From Camelus ferus (taxonomy: Eukaryota), in contig NC_045698.1 in NCBI RefSeq assembly GCF_009834535.1, positions 13,766,001-13,830,000 on the forward strand: DNA of 64,000 nucleotides. The letters run 5' to 3'. The position numbers were made by a program, and so were the translations under genes. Under the pieces are notes generated by a model, which searched no databases, was not told the DNA's origin, and saw only the letters and a list, made by a program, of their open reading frames with translations. Position 1 is the stretch's first letter. The number at the start of each line of letters is the position of its first letter. Shown here piece by piece: positions 52,747-64,000 of this stretch.

Positions 52747-53085
52747 GCACCAGAAACTGACACATTGTAACTGACTATACTTCATTTAAAAAAAAAAAAG
52801 AATGAATGAATAGATGGGGAGGGATAAATTAGGAAAGGATTTGGGATTAGCAGATACACACTACTATATTTCAAATAGATAAACAACAAGGTCTTACTGT
52901 ACAGCACAGGGAACAATAGGCATCTTGTAATAACCTATAATGAAAAATAATATGAAAAAGTGTGTGTATATATAAATATATATGTATATATAAATATAAA
53001 TAAATACATATATAACTAAATCACTATGCTGTACACCAGAAACTAACACATTGTAAATCAAATGTACTTTAGTTAAAAAAAGAAT
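52747..53085 (+). mobile_element. two adjacent L1 3' ends (~50-bp tip with poly(A), then ~270-bp copy)
   Basis: caccagaaactgacacattgtaactgactatacttca+A-run; then gggagggataaatt...tgctgtacaccagaaactaacacattgtaaatca+A-run; gaatagat flanks the second copy. Confidence 0.9.
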
Positions 53086-56000
53086 AGATAATTATTTTCA
53101 CATAGGCATGCTGCTATTTCTATTTGTCATTAACTATATATGAATATGAATATATACATACATATATATAACCATTCAGATAGACATATAACTATTTATA
53201 TAACTAATTAAACACACATACACAAAAAGGCTAAGTGCTGTTGGAAGTTTAACAAAGGATTGATGTGGTTAAAGATGAAAAGTGTGAACTGTAGGATGCA
53301 GGTCATTAGTTGGGATTTTGGTGGAGAGAGTGCTGATATAAGAGAAGTTGGTAAGTTTTTATTATTTTTTAATAAATTCTAAATCAGGTCATACATAACC
53401 AAGCAATGTAACTTTCCTACCAAAGGAGGAAATTAAATTATTTCATAATGCAGGAAAGTTCAGGAGTACCAAAGAAAATTAAAGAGTGAAAGAAAAGAGG
53501 TTCAGAAGAGCCACAGGAAAAGTAATTTCACAAAAAAGAGGAACCATGTGTTTTACAGAATGTCGTTTCTTAAATGCCAGTATGCTGGGTGCTATAGAAA
53601 GTGTTAATAAAAAAATCACTGCTTGAGCAAGTAGGGATTGGAAAATTTCACTGATTGAGGTCTAAAACCTTGACATTAAATTAAAGTGGGCATTCTGATG
53701 GAAATTGCTGCTGGAAAGAGTATTAGAGGATGGAACAGAAGTTGATCAGCATTACACAAAATGACCAAAAAGGAGAAAAACATATAATCAGTATACATCA
53801 CTTTTAAAATAATTTTTTCTAAATTTATGTATGGGGGCTTGGCAGTTAAACTTAAACCTGCTTTATACATAACTGAAATATAGTTACTGTTTTTTTGTGT
53901 TAACCATCTCTATATGGCTGTCATTTTATGATATTGTTTCCAGTAATTATTTCTTTTCATTGTGAAGCTCCTTGGTTTATCTCTTCTGCAAACATTTATT
54001 GAGCATTTATTATCCTTTTGGAAGTCAGAACCATGCTAAGTTCTATGGCAAACAGACCCTAATTTATTTATGTTTATTAAGAATCTAACGTCCAGGAGGA
54101 GAAAACCTGAGAAAAGTCTTTGAGATGTTGTTGTGACACATTTTATTTCTGTCACAGTGGATAATATATTTATAGTTTTTGAAAAATCCCACTTTAAAGG
54201 GTAGTGGAAAGATTTTCTTTCAATTTAGATACTCAAGAACTTAACTCAGTTTCAGAAGCAGGCACATAGTAAAATCAATGAGTGGCCTCTTAATGTGTTA
54301 TAGAATTCCTAAATGAAGGCTTGGCAAAGGATGCTGTGTAGTCTTTTTAATAAGATGAATCTAACATCTTCAGCTTATTTTTCTCAGTCCTAAAGCCCAG
54401 ATAGAAGCAAAACATTACCATGAGCATAATGGGAGAAAAACACTGCCTTCTTAACTGCTCTGCGGTTTTAAACTGAGGAAAAACATTATTCTCTAACATG
54501 TAATTTGATATATTTTTTTCCCACTTCGTGTAGCCCTGAAAAGTAGCTGGGTCTAAAAAACATGGTTAGTTTTGCCTAAACTGTGCAGATTTGTTAAGAC
54601 AAAATATTGCTTATTCGAAAGGGAGGAGAAATTAACATTGACGTCTAAGCCAACATCAGTTAAGCTATGGTTAAACAAGGATGCCAAATGCAAAAGAGAG
54701 AAAAGTGAAGAATCATAGTGGTAGAAAAGACTTGTGTAAATGGATAGAGCAGAAACAAAAGGTAATCGGATTATGGGGAGTAGGGAGGTGTCGGGGGGGA
54801 AGAGATGATGATGAAGATGATGAGTAGATACATTTTATTAGAAACTCAGGTGTAATATGGCAAACTCACGGGTCCTGCCCGTTCATTGATCTCATTCTTT
54901 TTTATGTGGCTTTCTGCATATTAGCTGCAACAGGTCGAGGTATGAAAATGATTGACCATTACTGGATAATTTATCAAGTGGGTCAGCTAGATGAGAAGTT
55001 ATTTTATCCTCAAATCATCCCCAACAAAAACATATATTAAGAATAACTCACCATGGACTAGCCACAATCGCGTCTGCCCAATACGCAGAAATTTGATATA
55101 CTTCTAAATGATCTGGCAGCAGTAATGCATATGTCTGAAAAAAATACCATTTGATTCTCCCAGAAATACTTCTGTTATCTGGGAACTGCAAATCCTATTC
55201 ACTTTGCTCATTTTGGAATGACAAAACCATACTCTATCTTTTGCTTTTAAATTAAGCTCCTATAATCCATGTGTGACTTGTTTTCTTTCTAACTAGATCA
55301 ATACAGTGGAAGTAATTCTGAAGAAAATGCACCCTGCAGACTGAATCTATGGAATTCCAAATAGGTCTATTGGACAATTTTAGTTAAATTCAATAGGTTT
55401 GTTGGTGAAACAGCTGGTCTCAACATTATGAATATGAACTATCTCTGATTCTGATTAGAATTTTTTCACATAAAGTTCATCCAGTTAAATAAGACCAATT
55501 TCAAGAACTGTAAAACCGGCTGAGCATTACTCTGAAAGTCTTGAACGTGTATTTTCTTGCCTTCTAAATTTGGCTGTGCCATTTGGAGTTTTACACTTGA
55601 TATTCTGTAAAATAAAACTGAGACATCTTTAACCATCTGGTAGTTTTGTGGATAATTTAGCATAAATCCACTTGTGGCAGTTTATTTCAAAGCAGTTCCC
55701 ATTAAATCCTGATCTTTAAGTATTGGAACTCCATTTGTAAGTACAGTTGCAGTTATGTGCCTCTAGTTGTCCGTAGGCTTTACTATAATTGAGGTAATTA
55801 CAGTCAATAAAAAATAATTTGAGTCTCTTTATCATTATGGAACTGCTGTTGCCTACATGTGGTGGGTAAAAAATGGTTAACCAATAGTTCCCCAGTTGCT
55901 GGAATCAGGGGCATATTTGTGAGGAATAAACAGAAGATGGCTTTTTTTCAGGTTTTACTCAGTTTAAATTTGCTTTCTTACCGGAAAAAAAAAAAAAAAA

Positions 56001-56576
56001 AAAAACAACAAAAAAACTTCCAGACTTTATAAATCCTCAAAGCGCCTTGTTAATTCTGGTAATGTGTGAGCCCCAATACTATACCCAGAAAAGAGCCGGT
56101 AAGGTCCTTCACAAACACGAGACAGCAAATCCACCATGATATACTTAGTCTAGAGTAAAAATGCTGAAAAATAATGAGCAACAGAAAACCATTTGCAGTA
56201 TCAAGTGAACAATTCCAAGAGAACACCATTTTTCTTTAATGAACACAAAGAAAATGATTCAAAGAAATGATCATTTCATTTTGGATTGCACTAACAGTCT
56301 AGCATGTGGAAGAGCAGAACATCAAGCACTGGGTAAAAATGTCACCAAACAGGTTAAATAAAATCCTTCAAGTGGTATCAGGGATGGAAGAACTCCACAT
56401 TGCACGGGCACAGTCTTGCTACCAGAAGCACACTGCATATTCCTTGTTGCAATGATAGCTATGTGAAACGGAGGTTACTGACACTCTTTAGCACTAGATC
56501 TTCGAGGAAGTAGAAACAGCATTTGAAAACAGATGAATAAGAGATCATGTAAATGCATAGATATCATCTCTCATTT

Positions 56577-56652
56577 TATATATATACACACACACGTATA
56601 TACATCTATATGCATCTATATATATATATATATACACACACACACATATACA
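56577..56652. repeat. (TA)n/(CA)n compound low-complexity repeat
   Basis: tatatatacacacacacgtata...tatatatatatacacacacacatata. Confidence 0.9.
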
Positions 56653-58879
56653 TCTTTTCCTTTATAGATGCACCATAATCTACATAAGGAATCCCATGCT
56701 GAAATTTTCTTTACCTATGAACCATTTGTTATTCTGCAAAGATTTCCCAATACATTTGGCCTGTAAATTGCTAAGTAAAAATATTTTGTATTGGATAGAA
56801 AACAAATTTATATTTAACCTGATGCCTCTTTTTAGTAAGACATTTTGAATTAAAAACAATAATAACAAAAGTACATGTCTTCATTAGATACTAGTCAGTT
56901 CATAAAACTATTGCTTGATGCACAATATTCTTGTTCAAAAAATAAATCTGTGACTTAATAAAATACTTAACGTAGTATTTGTACAAGATTATTTTTATAA
57001 CACACTAAACAGACGTATTATCAGCATATCAGAAGGCGTTATCTACATTGGAAATAATGATGTGTTCAAAATTTGTTAAGTAGGGTGATTATAATACCAT
57101 AGTGGAATATGTGTGTATTTGTGTGTGTTTGTGTGTCACAGAGATACAACAGTCCCATGTCTGTTATGACCTTGGTATATTTACTACAATAGTGATGTAA
57201 GTCCATTAACTGTAATTTTTCAAACAAATCAAATACTCCAAATGCAAGCAGGAAAAAACAATTAGATAATTGTGCACTGCAACTGCATTAGAAATCAGAC
57301 TACCTAGGATTCTTACCTTAATTGCTGGTTGCCAGAAAGATAAAATTAAAAAAATAATAATAATAACAGACACTTCTCACTTTTCCTGACTATTAATAAT
57401 TGTAACTCATTAATAATGGTATTGTGAGGAAAATGAGGGTTTTTTTTTTTTATAAGCACTTTGGCTTAAATAATTGTTGTTGAGAAAATGGTGTTTGAAA
57501 TCTCTTTAGAGGAAAAATACACATAAAATATAGATATTGCTCAAAATATCATTATTACACAATGAAAATAACAATTACCTGTCTTCCCTTTTTCCTGTAA
57601 ATTGTACTTCCTGTAAATCTCAACTAGTGGCTTGAACAAATTTTGTCATTATTTATTTTCCTTTGTCATTATTTATTTTCTTTTTCAGTAGATGATGTTC
57701 TGTTTCCAACAGGTGGGACATGCTAGCTGGACACTTTTCTTTTGGTGACGTTAGCAACTGTCGATAATACTGATAGATCCATCAATTTACTCAAGGTTGC
57801 TTAATTCTCACATTCTTACACAATTTTTTCTTCTTTTTAGGGTGAAAGATTTTGTAGAAATTTTCCCCCATCATCTATTATTTGGTTACCATTATTATTC
57901 TGTCTTTTCAAGTTGGATCTCTGGCCTATTTTATATATATTTAGACTTTTTTTTTTTTTTTACAGCTTTCTTGCTATTCTATACGTTTCCAAGCAGCCCC
58001 ATTTTCTTTTGGTGGAAATAGCATTTTGAGGCCATAAGTTGAGTACTTGAGATCCTCATTTGTTACTTGGTTGATCAGGAATTTTTGCCTCTGTTCACAC
58101 TGGAATTAACCACTCTATTTAAAGATGAAATGCCTAATGAATTCACACTGATACTTCCAACTGAATTCAGGACTACAGGATTGTGGTTGATGTCTTTGAC
58201 TCCATGCCTGTGTTTTACATCCTCCATGTCTGTTAGTCTTTAGATGGTGTGTTCTTGAAGGGATAGGCTGTTAATCACCTTTTTATCAAGACCATTACTA
58301 AATATCTCAGTCTCAACATTGCAAAATAGGCCGTTTATTATTTAGTAGGCTCTTAAAAATGTTTCTATTTTGAAAATAACTGAATCATCACACAACTTAT
58401 GTAAAAGAGAATTACATTGCAAGAACATTTGATTAAGAGTTTTCAGGGGATATCAAAGTAAACTTCCTCCTTTCTTCACCAGGCTAAATTTAGCCAATTT
58501 CTTGGTCAAGGCAAATGACTCTCCACCCTAAATCCAGCCCCGGCTAGAGGAATGTGAACATCTGCTGAGGCTGGGAGAAGCAGTGGTTGGCCCACAGTAG
58601 GAGGGTAATTACTCATTTTCAGAGATATACTAGGCAAACCTGGATATAGAGTTAAGAGATGCCTGAAGAGCAAATCACTTTTTTTCAGGAGAAAGTTGAA
58701 TGTATTATGCCTCAGTCATACTTTATTTTTTTTAATAAAAAAAAAGTGAGATAATTTTAGCTGTATAGAAAAGTTGCAAAGACAATGCAGATAATTTACA
58801 TTGACTTCTTACACATTTTCTCCCAATGATAACCATATCTTAATTTTATACACTTTGGTTTTGAATACTAATATGTTTT

Positions 58880-59025
58880 TAATTTTATTTATTTTTTATT
58901 TTTTAAGCTCTTTATTGAAGTATAGTTTATTTATAATGTTGCGTTAGTTTTAGCTGTACAGCAAAGTGATTCAGTTATATATATGTAACATATATATCTA
59001 TATATATATATCTTCTTTTTCAGAT
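58880..59025 (-). mobile_element. L1 3' end, antisense, with T-rich tail
   Basis: tttattgaagtatagttt...ctgtacagcaaagtgattcagttatat. Confidence 0.9.
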
Positions 59026-60455
59026 AAGCCCAGCAATAAACTCATGCACTTGAGGTCTATTAATTTATGATAAAGGAGGCAAGAATATACAGTGGGAAAA
59101 GACAGTCTCTTTCCCAGTATTACTGGGAAAACTGGACAGCTACATATAAAAGAATGAAATTAGAACATTCTCTAACACCATATACAAAAATAAACTCAAA
59201 ATAGATTAAAGGCCTAAATGTAAGACTGGATACTCTAAAACTCCCAGAGGAAAACATATGTAGAACACTCTTTGACATAAATCACAGCAATGATTTTTTA
59301 ATCTGTCTCCTAGAATAATGGAAATAAAAGCAGAAAAAAAAATGAGACCTAACTAAACTTAAAAGCTTTTGCACAACAAAGGAAACCACAAACAAAACAA
59401 AAAGACAACCTATAGAATGGGAGAAAATATTTGCAAACAATGCAACTGACAAGGAATTAATTTCTTAAAAATATGAACAGCTCATATAGCTTAAGATAAA
59501 AAAAAAAAAAGGCCCAGTTAAAAATGGACAGAAGACCTAAACAGACATTTCTCCAAAGAAGACATACAGAAAAAATAACAGTCACATGAAAAGAGTCTCA
59601 ACATCGCTAATTATTGGAGAAATGTAAATCAAAACCACAATGAAGTATCACCTCACATCGGTCAGAATGGCTATCATCAAAAAGTCTACAAATAATATAT
59701 GCTGGAGAGGATGTGAGAAAAGGGAACCCTTATTCACTATTGGTGGGAATGTAAATTGGTGCAGCCACTGTGGAAAATGGTATGGAGGTTCCTTTAAAAA
59801 TTAAAAGTAGAAATACCATATGACTCAGCAATTCCACACCTAGGTATATATCCAGAAAAAACAAAAACTCTAATTTGAAAAGATACACGCACTCCCATAT
59901 TCATAGCAGCACTATTTATAGAGTCAAGACATGGAAGCAGCCCAAGTGCCCATCAACAGACAATTAGCTTAAGAAGATGTGGATATAAATACAATGAAAT
60001 ATTAGTCCGCCATTAAAAGAGAATGAAATATTGCCATCTGCAACATGAATGGACCTAGACAATATAATACTTAGTAAAATAAGTCAGACCAAGAAAGACA
60101 AATACTATATGATATCATTCATAAGTGGAATTTAAAAAAATAATGCAAATGAATCCATGCACAAAGCAGAGTCAGACTCAAAGACATAGGAAACAAACTG
60201 ATTACCACAGAGGAGATGGAGTGGCAGAGGGCACATAGGAGTATGGGATTAACAGAAATGAACCTACAATACATAAAACAGATAAGCAACAAGGATTTAC
60301 TATACAGTACAGGGAATTACTATCCAATATCTTGTAATAACCTGTAATGAAATCAAATCTACAAAAAAATACTGAATCACTATGCTGTACACATGAAACT
60401 AACACAATATTGTAAATCAACTATACATCAATCAGTACATCCATACATACATAAA
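59026..60455 (+). mobile_element. 5'-truncated L1 (ORF2 C-terminal region + 3' UTR), decayed
   Basis: ORF2 remnants DKGGKNIQW, MKYHLTSVRM, CWRGC, with frameshifts and stops; 3' UTR ...tgctgtacacatgaaactaacacaatattgtaaatcaactata. Confidence 0.95.
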
Positions 60456-61434
60456 ATATAATCTTCACCAAAACACTTCTCTTTTGTACAAGTTCTTCTA
60501 TATAAACTTATAAATTATTAGAGAAACAAGTAAATTCTTTCCTGAATAGTCAGAGGTTAATTCACACATGCTTTTTGTTTTTCATTCCTGGTGATGTTCT
60601 TTCACATGGATCCATGAATATATACACTGGCTTGTATTTGTACATAAATGCCTACTTGTATGTTTTCTTATACTAAGTCTTTAACCATAGCTATATATTG
60701 CTTCAAAAGGAAATGTCATCACAGTCATGATGAGTATTTGTGTGTGAGAGTAACTGAGAGAACCGTGTGACCAAATACTTCCACGCTGCGTATGGTGAAG
60801 ATATTTTTGACCTCTTCACATTTAAGTGTTAACACCAGTACTCTGTTTTCAGGATTTTTTTTTTCTTGCTGGATTTTATTTGATAATGACAGCAATGATA
60901 TTTAGCCACCTTTCTAAAAACATCACATAAGTCCTGTATATATTTTGCTTATGGTTTAATTTACGAATGAAGGAACATTAAAAATTATCCATGTTCTAAA
61001 GGCAAGGTGTTAATGTAATAGTCAATTGAGGTGTTTGGTAATTTCCATTCTGAGGTCCATCATGGAAGTTGAAAAGTTCCTCATTACAGAACATAATTAC
61101 TTGCATTTCTAAATGTCAAGTTCTGAGAATAATTTCTGTCAAATAACAGAACACAGTAAAAAGTCTTTGATGAAATATACTCACTGTTTTGCTATGTATG
61201 AGCAAAGGGAATAAAGACTAATGGTAAAAAATGTGGTCTTAATAGGTCACAGTTTTGTATTTTATTATGATCCTGAAATCCATGCTTCAATCCTTGACAC
61301 ATGAAAATACTTCTTTGGAGACAGTTTGCCTGAATTATGAGTTAAGAACTGACTTGTAGTTTATATTTTAATTCCAAGTTAGTAAATATGAGTTTGCTTT
61401 CTAAGAGAAATGCTGAGCACATGTAATCCCAACC

Positions 61435-61640
61435 TTGCACTGAGTCAGAAATCCAAGTCTTACACTTCAACTTTGCCAAAAAAAAAAAAAAAAGGTAGGA
61501 TTTGGGCCATATTTTGTACCTGTCTGAATCCCTATGGGAAATATTAATATCTAACTCATCAAATCATAATGAGGATTAAATGACATCATCTTTCTACATT
61601 GTCTAGTGCTTGGTTCTGCTGAACACAGAATGCTTCAAAT
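61435..61640 (+). mobile_element. MIR
   Basis: tgagtcagaaatccaag...aatatctaactcat...tgaggattaaatgac. Confidence 0.65.
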
Positions 61641-64000
61641 ATCCCTTCTAACTGACATCATTTGCAGCTAAATTTTGGAACAAGAGCACCGGGACTGTTT
61701 ATTTACTGTCCTTGACATGTGCACTCTGCCCTATTGAAAACTCTCAAAGAACGTGGTGGCCTTCAAACACAGGTAAACAGTACTAGCTCTGTCGTGTCCC
61801 AAACACCACGATTACAATGTCCTGGAGGTTAGCGCTCTTCACCTGGGGCTCCTAGACCGTGTGGCTCCATTCTTAGCGTCATGCAATCATTTATCGAACA
61901 GCTGATCAACGCCGACCTAAAAACTGCAAAAATGTTGGTAATGCAGGTGAAAACCTGGAGTTTGCTTCTCGCAGAAAAAACATCTGTACTGAAAACAAGA
62001 GCAACACACTCCGAACTGACAGTCAACCCTTCATGAGTGTAGTCAAGGGAAATTCAAGGGAAGGTTGCGTTCAGCTTCCTTTGCTTTTTCCTCATTAAAA
62101 TCAGTGTATCACATTTTAATAAATAATTGTGTTGGATGTCCTCATGGAAGACTATGTCGATATTGTTCATTTTTCTCATGTTTGTTTACACATTCCTTAC
62201 ATTTTTACCCACTTTTACTTTTCTAATATGGTTGTATGACCATCATGCAATGTTCGGAAAAGACTTTTTGGAATGAAGGAGTTTCGGGCAAACTTACATG
62301 TAACACTCCCACTGGCACAAAAGGTTTAGCTTAATGCTCTAATAATCCAGTCAAGATGTTGAACTGGAAACATCAGTAAGCATCACTTTTTACTTCAAGG
62401 AAACATCCTTGACATTGGGTGGCACGGATAGCAAGGAGTTATCATTTTGGTTCTAACCTAAAAAGGAGTCGGAGATACTGAAGAATCACAAGCCATTTAT
62501 GACAAAATAAAAACAAAATTTCAAAAGAGATTCACAGATTTGAGCCTGTAGGAATCATAGATAAAATACCTGCATCTGACCAGGCAGTGCAAACACTGAA
62601 TTTTCAAGACTTTTGTGAGAGAAATAAAACACCAGGAAACCTGGAAATAAGCCTGTTAATAAGAAAACTAAAGTTTTTAGTTGTGCATCCTTAGGAATAT
62701 CCATTTTTTTAATGACAAAATGATTAAATGTTAAAAATGAAACACTTTGAGTGAAATCAGATAAGAAATTTTTTTTAAATGTGTGGAATTTTTGAATCCT
62801 CTAGATGTGAACAAACTTAGAAACCCATGCCTTAAGCATCCTCTTTAAAGATGAGTAGCCTTACAGCCAGTAATACTGACCCACGGTACAGCACCCCGCT
62901 TGTCACCTGGGAGGCGAGACTACATAGTCTTGTGTCTTGTTTTCAGTTACTCTTTTACAACATCATGCCACTTTCTTTTCATTGATTATTTGGCAAGATA
63001 CTACCTGTCATGAAGCATTCAGCCATTTACATCGTATGGCTGCTATTTTTATCTGGAAGCTAGTTAAATTTAAATTGAATTAGTGATGCAGAGAACAGAG
63101 ACCCTGACATGGAAGAGTTTTTCTCTGGCCCAATCACTGTTGCATAGCTTATAATTTTTTTTTTATTCCTACCTTTCAGTTTCCTCTCTTGCAAAGTTGA
63201 AAAAAAAATTTTTTTAAGTTTCTGCTTGTCTAAAAACTAGTAACCAAAGATAATTTTACAAGTTGTAAGAGGCTAGACAAATGTTGTCCTTGACAATAAT
63301 GCTGTTTGCCATAATGGTTATGTCATATTTCATCAGATTGGATATGCCAACTTCTAAAATAGTGAAAAAAATAAAAAATAAAATAATGAAAGAAGTAGCT
63401 GGAGTCCTGTAAAGGCAAATGAATTATGGAATATTGAGAGAAATCTCTAACACACACATCTATGAAAATTTTAATAAATTGATTATATATGCATCTACAC
63501 AAAATTTCAACAGACATAACATTTCTCATTACACACTTCCACTCTATTTTCATAAAATAAAATCCCATTTTCTCTCAGAATGGCCACTTTCCAACACTTG
63601 TGGATTAATATAATAACCATCTCCTTGGGGACACATCAAAAGACATCTCATATAAGTTTGACTTCTTTGGGCAGAGAGCCAATTTTATTATTCTGCTGTT
63701 ATTTAAGTGCCTTGAATTCCATTCTACAAATGCTTATGTAGCGTAAGCTAACCATGATGGCTGACTTTCTAAATGAAATTGGCATTGGTTGACAAAGAAT
63801 AACTTTCTATCTTATCTGTGGGCTGTGGTGATTCAGTATTTATTCTAAGGACTAGATCTTAAAGATGACAATGAAGATATTATTTGTTGATACTATTTTC
63901 AATTGGTAATGAAGATATTAATTACTTATATAATGTAGAATATACAGTTGTGAAATATCTGACATTTTAGTTCAGTTCACTTTCTGTTAACTATGCAATT

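Noticed and set aside
59026..60120. Possible functional L1 ORF2
   Set aside because: 5'-truncated, with frameshifts and stops; no ORF of 60 aa or more on the coding strand.

Overview
AT-rich, repeat-dense mammalian genomic DNA, very probably camelid: it carries a Vic-1-type tRNA-derived SINE and cetartiodactyl-type L1 3' ends. I found no intact protein-coding gene, RNA gene, CRISPR array or operon-like system. The window reads as intergenic or deep-intronic DNA built from MaLR/ERVL/ERV1 solo LTRs, L1, L2 and MIR fragments, and nearly all listed ORFs are spurious. The standout is a GC-rich 1.57-kb island (23661-25226): a decayed copy of the 3' half of C8orf33 (UPF0488) that keeps three exons and their introns. 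Despite the introns, it shows L1 retrotransposition hallmarks: 5' truncation, a poly(A) remnant and a 15-bp target-site duplication at a TT/AAAA-type site splitting an MLT1D LTR. It therefore looks like a retrocopy of an unspliced, polyadenylated pre-mRNA. Smaller oddities include a locally templated insertion, a miniature twin-primed L1 inversion, back-to-back L1 ends, nested LTRs, a candidate 27-nt microexon and CpG-retaining unique patches. Repeat family names and the C8orf33 assignment come from recalled consensus and protein sequences, not from searches.
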